Shown here: positions 39,301-49,127 of the stretch, piece after piece | Layout: every line of letters begins with the position of its first letter | Numbering within the stretch: position 1 is the first letter of the stretch | From: Myxococcota bacterium | GTDB lineage: Bacteria; Myxococcota_A; UBA796; UBA9615; JAKLKC01 | NCBI GenBank assembly: GCA_023150875.1 | Contig: JAKLKC010000004.1 | Span: 15,993 to 79,992, forward strand | DNA length: 64,000 nucleotides | Direction: 5' to 3' | The notes under the pieces: model-generated | What the model was told of the DNA's origin: nothing | Databases searched by the model: none | Seen by the model: the letters and a program-made list of their open reading frames with translations, nothing else | Made by a program: the position numbers and the translations under genes

Positions 39301-41247
39301 ATGTCCGCCGTCGAGGCACTCGAAGCCATCCGCGCCATCCTCGATGGTGCCCGGGCCGCCGATCTCGAGTCGGGCACGCTGGAGTTCAAGCAGCAGGGGC
39401 GGAGCTTCGACGACACGGTCAAGGAGGTCGTCCAGGCCACGCTCTGCTTCGCGAACGCGAACGGGGGCACCGTCGTGGTCGGGGTCGCGGACAAGCTCTC
39501 GGGACCGGCGGCGTTCCTGGGGACCTCGCTCGACCCGGCAGACTTGCAGCGGCGGATCTACGACCTCTCCCGTCCGCCCCTCCTGGCGGACGTGCGCCGG
39601 GAGACCGTCGGCGCGGTCGCCCTTCTGCTGGTCGTCGTCCCCCGGAGCCCGGAGATCCACTCCGACTCGCAGGGGCGCGCCCCGCGCCGCGTGGGACGCG
39701 ACTGCATCCCCCTGGACCCCCTCGACCAGGCCCGCCTGCGGGAGGAGCGCCGGGGTGTGGACTGGTCGGCCCAGCCGTCCTCACGCCCCGCCGCGGACGT
39801 TGCCCCCGCCGCGATCACAGCGGCGCGGCACCGGCTGGAGCGGCTCCGGGACGAACGCCAGCGGCTCGCCCGCCTCTCGGCTCCGGACCTACTTCGGGCC
39901 CTGCGGGTGGTCACCCCCGAGGGAATGCTCCTCCGCGCGGGGGAGGTGCTGTTCTGCCCCCAGGACGAGGGAGACGCGTCCGCCGTGGTCTACCAGTTCC
40001 GGCTCACGCCCGCGGGTGAGCCTCGCGCCGTCGAGCGTCCCCGCCATCCCCTCGTCCTTGCCTTCGACCGCGTGCTCGAACTCGTGCAGGCACGGAGGAA
40101 CGCGACGCCGGTCAACCTGCCCGATGGGCAGCAGATCCACGTCGAGGACTTCCCGGGGCTCGCCGTCCGGGAAGCGCTCGTCAACGCACTGGTCCATCGC
40201 GATTACCACCTGGGCGGTCCGGTGCACGTCGAGCACTCGCCCGAGGTCTTCGTCGTCGCGTCTCCCGGCCCCCTCGTCGGGGGCGTCACGCCGGACAACA
40301 TCCTCACGCACCCGTCGACCCCGCGGAACCCGCTCCTCGCCAGCGCCGCCCGGGTCCTCGGGCTGGCCGAAGAGGTCGGGCGTGGGGTGGACCGGATGTA
40401 CCGGGAGATGATCCAGTCGGGGCGGGACCTCCCCCGCATCGAGTCCAGCGCGGCCCAGGTCCGTGTCACTTTCGTTGGGGGCGCCCCCAACGCGCAGATC
40501 GCTCGGTTTGCCGCCCAGCTTCCGGCGCAGGAGCGGGAGGACACGGACACCATGCTCGTCCTCTTCAAGCTCTGCTCGGTCCGCCTCCTCGACGCCCAGC
40601 GCCTGGCCCCCTTCATCCAGAAGACGGTCGACGAGGCGGAGTCCGTCCTGCGCCGCCTGTCTGGCGACGCCGTGGGGATGCTCGAGCCGACGCGGCAGAC
40701 GGCGCGGCGGGCCCACCCGGCCTACCGCCTTCGCGCCCAAGTGCTCCGGGCGCTCGGCTCGGCGGTTCCCTACCAACGCCGCACCGTGGACGAGATCGAC
40801 CGCAAGGTGATCGCCCACGTCGTCGAGTATGGGCGGATCACCAACAAGACGGTGCAGAACCTGCTGGATGTGAGCCTCCAGCGGGCCCGGGACCTCCTGT
40901 CCGACTGGGTCCGGCGGGGCATCCTGGTGAAGACATCGGCCCACGAGCGCGGCCCGGGCGTGGAGTATGGGCCGGGGCCAGGCTTCCCGGGTTCCGGGGG
41001 AAGGAAGCGACGCACGGACTCCCGTGGGGATCATGGATCGACCCTGCCCCTGCCCTTCCCGCCTGGCGGCGCGGAGAGTGAGGCGTCGACGAGGGCGTCG
41101 CCGTCACGGACCCGATCTCCCCGCGGGAGGCTGCGGAGCACTCCCGGCTCGGTCGCGGCACCCGACGGAGCGGCCGAGGTGTCCGACCGCGGTGATGCCG
41201 CCGCCGAGCCCGATGAAGCGGATCCAGTTCGAGAATCGTCCTGCTAG
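39301..41247 (+). CDS. Schlafen-like AlbA_2 (divergent AAA) plus HATPase_c_4 domain ATP-binding protein (putative RecG-like DNA-binding regulator family)
   Basis: N-terminal AlbA_2-type motif (..DLESGTLEFKQQ..VKEVVQATLCFANANGGTVVVGV) and a C-terminal HATPase_c_4-type motif (..VREALVNALVHRDYHLGGPVHVEH..). 648 aa. The TAG stop lies inside the tRNA-derived direct repeat. Confidence 0.75.
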   Translation: MSAVEALEAIRAILDGARAADLESGTLEFKQQGRSFDDTVKEVVQATLCFANANGGTVVVGVADKLSGPAAFLGTSLDPADLQRRIYDLSRPPLLADVRRETVGAVALLLVVVPRSPEIHSDSQGRAPRRVGRDCIPLDPLDQARLREERRGVDWSAQPSSRPAADVAPAAITAARHRLERLRDERQRLARLSAPDLLRALRVVTPEGMLLRAGEVLFCPQDEGDASAVVYQFRLTPAGEPRAVERPRHPLVLAFDRVLELVQARRNATPVNLPDGQQIHVEDFPGLAVREALVNALVHRDYHLGGPVHVEHSPEVFVVASPGPLVGGVTPDNILTHPSTPRNPLLASAARVLGLAEEVGRGVDRMYREMIQSGRDLPRIESSAAQVRVTFVGGAPNAQIARFAAQLPAQEREDTDTMLVLFKLCSVRLLDAQRLAPFIQKTVDEAESVLRRLSGDAVGMLEPTRQTARRAHPAYRLRAQVLRALGSAVPYQRRTVDEIDRKVIAHVVEYGRITNKTVQNLLDVSLQRARDLLSDWVRRGILVKTSAHERGPGVEYGPGPGFPGSGGRKRRTDSRGDHGSTLPLPFPPGGAESEASTRASPSRTRSPRGRLRSTPGSVAAPDGAAEVSDRGDAAAEPDEADPVRESSC

Positions 41248-41298
41248 GCTCACCACTCGATCCGAAGGCCCGCCCTCCAGGCGGGCCTTCGGCGTTCT
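41247..41298 (+). repeat. Direct repeat copy 2 (attR-like), preceded by a degenerate tRNA T-arm-like sequence
   Basis: ccagttcgagaatcgtcctgctaggctcaccactcgAtccgaaggcccgccctccaggcgggccttcggcgttct; upstream 41225-41246 resembles a decayed T-arm (gttcga). Confidence 0.6.
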
Positions 41299-41497
41299 CG
41301 GCCTCCGGTGGTGACGCCGGAAGGGCCCCGAAGGACCAGGCGCGATCCCGGGTGGAGGTCCCTCAACCCCCGGAATGAGTGTCCGGACCCCCCCCATGCG
41401 GCCTTGCGTCGCGGCTTTGACCCTTCCGGCGCCCCTGGAAACCGGCGGCGGCCTTCCAAGACGGTGACGGCCGCGACCTGCTCCTCCGCCTGCGGGT

Positions 41498-41650
41498 ATG
41501 CGATCCGGTTGCAGCGGCGGATCTACGACCTCTCCTGGCCGCCCCTGCTGGCGGTCGTGGGCCGAAAGACCGTCGGCAGGGTCGCCATCCTGCGGGTCGC
41601 CCTCTCCCGGAGCCCGGAGATCCCCTCCGACTCGCACGGGCGCGCCCGCC
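41498..41650 (+). pseudogene. Degraded partial duplicate (~150 bp) of an internal segment of the 39301..41247 gene
   Basis: Nucleotide similarity of 41510-41650 to 39543-39690 (cagcggcggatctacgacctctcc...cccggagcccggagatcc.ctccgactcgca.gggcgcgcc). Translation ..LQRRIYDLSWPPLLAVVGRKTVGRVAILRVALSRSPEIPSDSHGRA.. versus parent ..LQRRIYDLSRPPLLADVRRETVGAVALLLVVVPRSPEIHSDSQGRA... Confidence 0.5.
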
Positions 41651-41816
41651 CGCTCTGGGAGTTGGTGCCGGTGCTTGATGGCGGATCTCGTCCGCCTGCT
41701 GATGTCATCGAGGCGCGGGCCCGCCGGTGAACCCTCGCCGCGGGCGCGCGGGCCGCGCGGCTCCGTCGGGATCGGTGTCCGGGCGGCGGGGCCCGCCCCC
41801 CACCCGCCCATCGGGC

Positions 41817-42764
41817 TCAGGACCCGAGGTTCGCCAGCAGGTACTCCCCGACGTTCTCGATGAGGTCGGCGCTCTCCAGGGCGTAGCCCGGCACGCCCAG
41901 GGCGTTGGCCTCGTCGATGAAGGTGTTCAGGTCGGCGAAGAAGACCAGGGCCCCCGCGCCCGACGCCCAGACGCCGGGGTCGAGGACCGCTCCGGCGTAG
42001 CCCGGCGCCCCCTGCATCGCCGCCAGGAACGTCGCCGGGCCCAGGAACTCGAAGGGTCCCGGGTCGTACTGCGTGAACGTGGTCAGGCGGTTGGGATCCG
42101 ACGTCAGGACGTGGGCGTCCGGGGCGCTGACGAAGGCGTACTGCTCGCCCGAGAGGGAGAAGTCCGTGGTGATCCCGAAGGAGACCAGCAGGTCGTCGTT
42201 CAGGTCGTCGAGGTCGGCGGTGGCGTTGGAGTCGGTGAGCAGCACCACCGGCTTGCCCGAACGCACGAACTCCTCGAGCTGGTGCAGCTCGCTGTCCTCC
42301 AAGGGCTGGGGGGCGACGTCCCCCGCGGTGTGGAGCGAGATCACGAGGCCGTCCACGGTGCCGACGAACGCCTCGCTGAGCACGGAGTTGCCCCTCACCC
42401 CCACCGGCTGGGAGAGACCGGTGAGCAGGACCTCCCGGAGGGTGCCGAACAGGGACCCGTCGGCGATGGCCGCCTCCCCCGAGCGGGTAGAGTCGAAGGC
42501 CCCGAGCCAGATCTCCGGCGCGGGGGGCGACGTGTCGTCGTCGGACGTGTCGTCGTCGGACGTGTCATCGTCGGAAGTGTCGTCGTCGGACGTGTCGTCG
42601 TCCGCGGGGGTGGTGTCGTCGTCCGCAGGAGTGGTGTCGTCGTCCGTGGGGGTGGTGTCGTCGTCCCCCGTGTCGTCATCGTCCGCCTCCCCCTGGCAGC
42701 CCCAGGCGGCGAGGGCGAGGACGACGGCGGGGAGCAGGATCGCGGGGCGGGGCAGCGGGGGCAT
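41817..42764 (-). CDS. Putative lipoprotein with long Asp-rich tandem repeat (DDDTTPA/DDDTS x10)
   Basis: Signal MPPLPRPAILLPAVVLALAAWGC then QGEADDDDTGDDDTTPTDDDTTPADDDTTPADDDTSDDDTSDDDTSDDDTSDDDTS, encoded by 15-bp tandem repeats at ~42530-42670. Last gene of a four-gene lipoprotein operon. Confidence 0.7.
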   Translation of the reverse strand: MPPLPRPAILLPAVVLALAAWGCQGEADDDDTGDDDTTPTDDDTTPADDDTTPADDDTSDDDTSDDDTSDDDTSDDDTSPPAPEIWLGAFDSTRSGEAAIADGSLFGTLREVLLTGLSQPVGVRGNSVLSEAFVGTVDGLVISLHTAGDVAPQPLEDSELHQLEEFVRSGKPVVLLTDSNATADLDDLNDDLLVSFGITTDFSLSGEQYAFVSAPDAHVLTSDPNRLTTFTQYDPGPFEFLGPATFLAAMQGAPGYAGAVLDPGVWASGAGALVFFADLNTFIDEANALGVPGYALESADLIENVGEYLLANLGS

Positions 42765-42833
42765 CGGCGGGCCTCCTGGACGGCGTGCCCCGGAGGGTAG
42801 CAAGCCCGGCGGGCGTTGTCAGCGACCGGAGCC

Positions 42834-44666
42834 TCAGGGGAAGAGCGGATCCCACCAGGAGATCAGCGCGTCGGTCCGCCTCTGGAGCAGGTGCGGGAGA
42901 TCGGGCAGGCCCTCGTCGGCGTCGTTGGCGAGGCTGTCGAAGCTGGCCACCACCGCGCCGTAGGCGTTGTGGAGCCAGAAACGCGCCTCGGAGTCGGGGT
43001 CGTCCCCCAGGGTGGGCAGGCCCGTGGGCACCACCACCTCGCCCACGCCCCCCGCCACCCACAGGTCCCACCACCGCTCCGAACCGGTCAGCGTCAGCAC
43101 TTGCGCCGTCGCCGCGGGGTCCGCCGCCCAGCCCAGCACGCCCCGGGCGCTCTCCTCCGGGGTGGGGGCGTGGAGTTCGGGGAGCCCCAGGAAGGCCGGC
43201 AGGACCAGGGAGTCGTCCGAGACCGCCGTGGACAGGACGATGGAGGCCCGCCCGCCGCCCCCCAGGCCGTGCTCGAAGATCGAGGCCAGGTAGCGGCTGG
43301 TGGGGGCCGCGAAGGGGCCGTCGACCGAGGGATCCGCCTCGTGGATCGCCACGTCCTCCCACCCATCGGCCGCCCGGGGAAGGGGCCGCTCGAAGGTGGC
43401 GTCGTCGTCGTCGTCGCCGGTGGTGTCGTCGTCGCCGGGATCGGGGTACACGTTCAGTCCCACGCCGAGCCCCGACACCAGCCAGCCGACCTCGCCCCCG
43501 TCCCGCAGCGACAGGAGGGTGGCGGGATCGGGGAAGTCCCCGGGCGGAGGAGGCCCCACCAGCGCGTGGACCTCCCGGGACAAGGGGATCCCCGCGCTCA
43601 CCTCCACCCCGTCCCGATAGGTGCCGGGCTCCAGGGGGAGGGGATCGCTGGCCCCGAAGCGCAGCTCCGCCGTGTGCTGCCCCAGCACCTGGAAGACCGC
43701 GCCGAGGCCGATCTCCTCGATCTGGGCGGCGAGCTGGAGCAGCACGCCCACGTCGAAGATCCCCCCGAGGGTGACGACCCGCCTCTGCCCCTCTACCGCG
43801 GGCAGCTCGTAGTGCTCGTCCACCCCCGTCACCACCATGTTCTGGGGCAGGGACGCGGTGAGGCCGAAGGCCTCCACCTCCTCCAGCTCTCCGATGAAGT
43901 CCCCGAGGTTCCCCAGGATCGGGCTGCCGTCGATGGTGGCGACGGACAGGGCCAGGGCCATCTCGCCGGGTCCGGGTTCGGCCTCGAAGCGCACGCCGCC
44001 CCCCACGGTGCAAGAAGGCGGAGGCTGGCCGTCCTCCCGCAGGGCGATCCGGACCTCCCGGGCGGCGACGTCGCACAGGCTGGTGCGGCGGTAGCCGTCG
44101 AAGTCGGCGGTGATCGTCACCCGGCCCGAGAACTGGCCCTGCACCGTCACCTCGCCACCGCCGTCGGTGAACCAGGGGCCCGAGGGGGCGCCGTCCCCCA
44201 CCCAGACCGAGGCGGCGGGGAGGGGCAGATCGGTGGCGGCGTCCACCACCCGCACCCTCAGCTCCCCCGGCGGGACCACCCGCACCACCGCGGGCTCGCC
44301 GCGGACCTCCTCCCAGGTGGGCGTGACGGTGGCGGTGCCGACGGCGAGGGGGATCAGCCGACCCTCGGGATCCACCCACGCCACCGCGTCGTCGTCCACC
44401 TCGTAGGTCACCTCGTCCAGGGGCAGGTCGTAGCGGCCCCCGTCGTCGGCGATGGCGTGGGGCTTGAGGGGGAGCACGGTGGCGAGGTCCACGGCGACGT
44501 CGGAGGGCCGAAGGCCCATCACCAGCACCTCGCCGGGATCGAGGTCGTCGGTGGGATCGGGGGGATCGCCCACGGGAGGGTCCTCGGCACCGCATCCCGG
44601 GGAGAGGGCCAGCGCCCCGGCGATCGCCCACGGGGCCAGCGTGCGCGCCGGGGCCGGGGGCGGCAT
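42834..44666 (-). CDS. Hypothetical secreted/lipoprotein (beta-rich, with internal DPGDDDTTGDDDDDAT acidic patch)
   Basis: Start MPPPAPARTLAPWAIAGALALSPGCG. 610 aa, balanced composition. The upstream part of the 660-aa track ORF is R-rich noise. Confidence 0.65.
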   Translation of the reverse strand: MPPPAPARTLAPWAIAGALALSPGCGAEDPPVGDPPDPTDDLDPGEVLVMGLRPSDVAVDLATVLPLKPHAIADDGGRYDLPLDEVTYEVDDDAVAWVDPEGRLIPLAVGTATVTPTWEEVRGEPAVVRVVPPGELRVRVVDAATDLPLPAASVWVGDGAPSGPWFTDGGGEVTVQGQFSGRVTITADFDGYRRTSLCDVAAREVRIALREDGQPPPSCTVGGGVRFEAEPGPGEMALALSVATIDGSPILGNLGDFIGELEEVEAFGLTASLPQNMVVTGVDEHYELPAVEGQRRVVTLGGIFDVGVLLQLAAQIEEIGLGAVFQVLGQHTAELRFGASDPLPLEPGTYRDGVEVSAGIPLSREVHALVGPPPPGDFPDPATLLSLRDGGEVGWLVSGLGVGLNVYPDPGDDDTTGDDDDDATFERPLPRAADGWEDVAIHEADPSVDGPFAAPTSRYLASIFEHGLGGGGRASIVLSTAVSDDSLVLPAFLGLPELHAPTPEESARGVLGWAADPAATAQVLTLTGSERWWDLWVAGGVGEVVVPTGLPTLGDDPDSEARFWLHNAYGAVVASFDSLANDADEGLPDLPHLLQRRTDALISWWDPLFP

Positions 44667-44671
44667 CGCCG

Positions 44672-45259
44672 TCAGCCGCCGCAGGCGGGCTCGATCCCGT
44701 AGGGCTCGAAGAAGTCGGCCAGCGCGCTGTAGAAGTCGGCGAGTTCCGCCGGCGCGGCCCCGGGGGCGTGATCGACCCGGTGGGAGGTCACGTCGTAGCG
44801 ATGTGTCAGGGCGCACACATCTCCCGCCACCGACTCGCTCTGCATCCCGAAGAAGCCGGCCTCGTCCAGCCAGCCGTGGATCCGGTACATCTGCTCGTGG
44901 CTCAGGGTGGCCCGGTACCGGTCATCCTGGTGGACGCCCGGGATCCCCGACCACTCCGTGACCACGCCCTCGGCGTTCACGGCGAGCCCGGCGTAGGTGG
45001 TGCCGGAGCCGAGGCCGATCTCCAGGAAGAAGCCCTCGACGGGGTAGTGCTGGACGTTGTCGGTGTAGGTGATGTCGTCGTCGTCATCGCCGTCGGGCAC
45101 CGTGTCGTCGTCCGCCGGCGGGGTGGGATCCGAGGGATCGCCCCCATAGCACTGGCAGCCGGGAACCGTGGCGGCCCCCGCCAGGATCAAGGCCGCGACC
45201 AGGCGCATCGCCGCCGTCGGGGCGTGGGGATCGGGGCGACTCTCCTTGACGAGCGGCAT
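44672..45259 (-). CDS. Hypothetical secreted/lipoprotein
   Basis: MPLVKESRPDPHAPTAAMRLVAALILAGAATVPGCQC, then PPADDDTVPDGDDDDDITY acidic stretch and a globular domain. Start overlaps the upstream gene's stop (ATGA, 45259/45262). Confidence 0.55.
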   Translation of the reverse strand: MPLVKESRPDPHAPTAAMRLVAALILAGAATVPGCQCYGGDPSDPTPPADDDTVPDGDDDDDITYTDNVQHYPVEGFFLEIGLGSGTTYAGLAVNAEGVVTEWSGIPGVHQDDRYRATLSHEQMYRIHGWLDEAGFFGMQSESVAGDVCALTHRYDVTSHRVDHAPGAAPAELADFYSALADFFEPYGIEPACGG

Positions 45260-45261
45260 GG

Positions 45262-46766
45262 TCAGGGGACCTCGATGACGAAGGTCTCGTCGAAGAAGTC
45301 GTTGGGCCAGGGCCCGAAGTAGGAGGGATCGTAGCAGGGTCCGTCGTAGTCCGCCCACTCCGGCTCGCCCTCCTCGCCGCAGTCCGGTGCCTCGGTGGGG
45401 CTGGTCCGGTAGGAGGTCACCCAGATCCGCGTGGGGTTGAGGGCCTGGGCGCCGCTCTCGGCGTTGGCGCCCACCAGCGTGAGGTACACGGCGTCGAGGC
45501 GCTTCTTGGCCGCCAGCACGTCGGCGGCGACGATGCGGATCTGGTCGCCGGGGCTCGCCTCGAAGCGGATGGGCGCGAGGTTGTCCAGGTCACCGGAGTC
45601 GTCGTGGAAGATCAGGGACGTCCCCTCGGCGGTGGTGAGCCAGACGTCGAGGTCGTCGTCGACTCCGAAGTAGGTGTACTCGCTGCCGGCCTCCCCGGAG
45701 ATCACGTACTCGAAGGTGTCTCCCTCCTGCCAGACGATGAGGCGCACGGAGGTCGTCCCCACCTTCCCGGCGCTGTCCATGGCGTTGAGGCTGAGGGTGT
45801 GGGTGCCGGCGCTGAGGGTGTCGGTGATGACCTCGACGGCTCCCGTGGCGTCGGCGCTGGCGGTGATCGCCGGGTCGAGGTCGCTGTCCCACCACACCAG
45901 GAGGTCCTGGGCGGGCTCGTCGGGATCGCTGACCAGCCCCTGGAGGGTGAGGGACTCCCCCACGTGGACCACCGAGCCGGACTCCGGGGAGAGGATCTGG
46001 ACCTCGGGGGGCAGCCCGGAACCGACGTCATCCCCCTCGGCGGTGAGCTCCACCCGCACGTTGGGGGTCTGGAGGTCGTTGGAGCTGACCCAGATCTCGC
46101 CGCTGTACGGGCCACCGCCGGGCTCGCCGTCGTAGGTAACGCTCACCTCGACGGACTGGCCGGTGGTGAGCTCGAAGGGGGGCTGGTGGCCCGGGGCGGG
46201 GGCGACGGCGAAGACCCCCTCGGTGTCGAACAGGATGACGTCCTGGACGATCACCGTGCCGCTGCCCTCGCTGCTCAGGGTGAAGGTGGCGGAGTCCGCG
46301 CCGCCGGACTCGAAGTGGAGGGAGGTGGGGGTGACCTTCAGGTCGGGCACGGCCCCGGTCCCGGCGAGGGACACGTCCAGGACCGAGCCCTCGACGGAGT
46401 TGCTGCGGATCCGGAGCCCCCCCGTGAAGGGGACCTCCTCGTCGGGGATGAAGGTGACCTGGAAGGTGCCGGGGGAGTCGGATCGGATGGCGTCCGGCGG
46501 GGTGGTGTACTCGAAGGCGGTGGGATCGGTGTCGGGGGTGAGCTCCACCGACTCGACTTCGAGGGTGCCGGTGCCGGCGTTCGACACCGTCACCGTCACA
46601 GTCTCGGGGGTGCCGAGGTTGACGCCCCCGAAGTCGATGGAGGTGACGTCGAGCTGGATGCGGGGCTCGGCGTTCGCGAGCGACTGGTCGCTCCCGCATC
46701 CGGCCAGCGCCGCCAGCGCGGCGAGCGCCAGGGCGACCGGGGCGGTCGCGAGCGGTGTGGTCCTCA
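45262..46766 (-). CDS. Lipoprotein with repeated beta-sandwich (choice-of-anchor-D/Ig-like) domains
   Basis: MRTTPLATAPVALALAALAALAGC lipobox. Repeated ~100-aa modules of the type ..LDVTSIDFGGVNLGTPETVTVTVSNAGTGTLEVESVEL.. / ..LKVTPTSLHFESGGADSATFTLSSEGSGTVIVQDV... Confidence 0.7.
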
Positions 46767-46959
46767 TGCGTCTCCTCGGCCGGCGGGATCCGGCGGGCAG
46801 GGTTCCATGATAGTCGAGGCGCCGCGGGGCCGCGAGGCCGACCCCGGGAGGGAGGAGCCCGACCGGCCATGCCCTTCCAGCGACGTGCCGGGCCACCGGG
46901 CACGGGTCTGCCCGACGAGGCGAGGTTCCGGTGGCGCTCCGCCGGGGCGGGAGGCGGGG

Positions 46960-48330
46960 TCAGCGGGGATCCCGGCCCGCCTTCTCCGCCCACTCGGCCC
47001 GATGGACCCGTGCGGCGGCGGCGGGCGGCCCTTCCCCCACGATCGCCAGGTAGCGGTCGACCTCCGCGACGGCGGCGGCGTGGTCTCCTCCGTCCGCCAG
47101 GAGACGGGCCAGCTCGAAGCGGGGCTCCGGCACCTGGGGACCGAGGGCCACCGCCCGGCGGTAGGCGGCGAGGGCCTCGGGGCCGCGACCGAGGCGCCTG
47201 AGGCAGACCGCCAGGGCGTGGGCGGGCTCGAAGGCCTTGGGCGCGGCGGCGGCGGCGGCGCGGAGCTGGACCTCGGCCTCGACCAGCTCGCCGGAGTCCA
47301 GGAGGGCCACGCCGAGGTTGGCGCGGTGGCGCCAGCCCCCGGGATCCAGCGCCAGCGCCCGGCGCAACGACGCGACGGCCTCGTCGAGCCGCCCCTGGCG
47401 GCGGTAGACCACGCCCAGGGCGCCGTGGGCCTCGGCGAGGTCCTGGTCCAGGACCAGGGCCCGCAGCAGGGCGGATGCGGCCCCCCCGAGGTCCCCCCTG
47501 CGGATCCGCACCAGTCCCAAGGAGAGCCACGCCGGGGCGTAGCCGGGGCTGCCCTCGGCGGCGAGGACCAGCATTCCCTCGGCGTCGCCGTAGCGCCCCA
47601 GGTCCCGGTAGATCAGGCCGAGGGAGAAGCGGGCGGCGGGGAAGCCCGGGTCCTCCGCCACCAGCGCCTCCAGCCGCACCATGGCCCCCACCCGATCCCC
47701 CCGCGCCCGGAGGTCGAGGGCGCGGGCGTAGCGGACCTCCCTCGCGGCCCTCGCGGGATCGGGGGCCGCGGCCGGCTCCCCGCCCGGGGCGCGGGTGGCG
47801 GCGGGGGGGGCCGGCGGCGGGGGGGCCGGCGTGGGGGGGGGCTCGGCGACCGCAGGCGGCCCCGCGCCGCCCTCGGCCACTCCCTCGGCGGTCTCGTCCA
47901 TCACCACCACCGGACCGTCGAGGGAGATCGCCAGGGGCGGGAAGCCCCTCGCCCGGGCGCGCTCCTCCAACGCCCGTTCCGGCTGGCCGCCGGCCTCGAG
48001 GGCTTGCACCAGCGCCTCCCGAGCCCCGCGGTCATCGGGGATGGCGGCCAGGTAGGCGGACAACGCCCGGGAGGCCCCGCTCCAGTCTCCGATCCGGGCG
48101 GAGATCCGGGCGAGCGCCCGCAGGGCGGCGGGGTGTTCGGGGGCGTCCGCCAGGATCCCGCGGAGCGCGTTGCGGGCTCCCTCCAGATCCCCACTCCGCT
48201 CCGCGGAGACGGCCTCCCCGAGGAGCGCGTCGACCTCGGCGCCGGACGCGGAGCGGGCGGGCGCCGCCGCGGCAAGGGCGAGCAGGAAGAGGAGGAACGA
48301 AGGCCACGAGGCCTTGATGAGCGAGCCCAT
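46960..48330 (-). CDS. Secreted TPR-repeat protein
   Basis: Signal MGSLIKASWPSFLLFLLALAAAAPARSASG, multiple TPR motifs (..AWLSLGLVRIRRGDLGGAASALLRALVLDQDLAEAHGALGVVYRRQGRLDEAVASLRRALALDP..), and a Pro/Ala-rich linker. Confidence 0.7.
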   Translation of the reverse strand: MGSLIKASWPSFLLFLLALAAAAPARSASGAEVDALLGEAVSAERSGDLEGARNALRGILADAPEHPAALRALARISARIGDWSGASRALSAYLAAIPDDRGAREALVQALEAGGQPERALEERARARGFPPLAISLDGPVVVMDETAEGVAEGGAGPPAVAEPPPTPAPPPPAPPAATRAPGGEPAAAPDPARAAREVRYARALDLRARGDRVGAMVRLEALVAEDPGFPAARFSLGLIYRDLGRYGDAEGMLVLAAEGSPGYAPAWLSLGLVRIRRGDLGGAASALLRALVLDQDLAEAHGALGVVYRRQGRLDEAVASLRRALALDPGGWRHRANLGVALLDSGELVEAEVQLRAAAAAAPKAFEPAHALAVCLRRLGRGPEALAAYRRAVALGPQVPEPRFELARLLADGGDHAAAVAEVDRYLAIVGEGPPAAAARVHRAEWAEKAGRDPR

Positions 48331-48449
48331 CCACCCGTCCGGATCGCCGGAGCGACCTCACCTGAACGAGGAGAGGATAGCGCCGTCCGTGGTCTGGATG
48401 CGAGGGGGGGACGTCGCTGGCCGGCCGCCGGGGCGGCCCCGGATGAGGC

Positions 48450-49127
48450 TCAGCCGCAGCTCTCCTTGACCAGGCGCTCGCCCTGGGCCGGGATCTTGAG
48501 CTGTTGCAGCTTCTCGGCGGAGACGACGGCGGACAGGCCGGGGATGGGGGTGCCGACGGGCAGGCCCTTGGCCGCGCCCGGGTGATCGGGGTCGATGCCC
48601 GCCTGCTCGGGGGTCATCGGCTTGACCGGCGCGGCACCGGCGGCCTTGGCCCCCTTTTCGGCGGCGGGCTTGACCTGGGGCAGGGGAGGGATGGCCTTGG
48701 GGTCGGCGACGAGGAAGTCCACCTTCAGGCCCGCGGCGAGGTCGGTGGCCTTGAAGCGCATGGAGCGGATGGACTTCGGGCAGCGATAGAGGGCGCGGGG
48801 ATAGCCCTTGGCCAGCTCCTGCTCGCCGGCGGAGATCCGCACCTCGACGGGCCCGTTGGGGATCTTGTCCGCGTCGCTCTGGGGCGGCAGCACCACCTGG
48901 AGGGCGTCCCCGCCTTCGGTCTGGGGCAGGCGCACCAGCTTGACCCCCTCGAACAGCTCGATGAAGGGCTCGCTGCCCCCCGACGCGGGCGGGACCTCCG
49001 CGACCGGCGCCGGCGCCGGGGACGGGGCCTCTCCGGCGGTCGCCGGCTCCTCCTTCTTGCCGCCGCAGGCCGCCAGGGCGGCCACCAGCCCCAGCATCCC
49101 CAGGGCGCGCATCGTGGGAAACTCCAT
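48450..49127 (-). CDS. Hypothetical lipoprotein
   Basis: MRALGMLGLVAALAACGGKKEEP lipobox; Pro/Ala-rich; 225 aa. Confidence 0.6.
   Translation of the reverse strand: MEFPTMRALGMLGLVAALAACGGKKEEPATAGEAPSPAPAPVAEVPPASGGSEPFIELFEGVKLVRLPQTEGGDALQVVLPPQSDADKIPNGPVEVRISAGEQELAKGYPRALYRCPKSIRSMRFKATDLAAGLKVDFLVADPKAIPPLPQVKPAAEKGAKAAGAAPVKPMTPEQAGIDPDHPGAAKGLPVGTPIPGLSAVVSAEKLQQLKIPAQGERLVKESCG

Larger units (their letters stand above)
38945..41298 (+). mobile_element. Putative remnant of a tRNA-Lys-integrated genomic islet (~2.3 kb), no integrase retained
   Basis: Flanked by the ~55-bp direct repeat overlapping the tRNA-Lys 3' end. Cargo is a single Schlafen/AlbA_2-like ATP-binding gene. An extra tRNA T-arm/CCA-like fragment sits at ~39040-39075 (ccgagttcgattcctcg...ggtacca). 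Confidence 0.5.
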
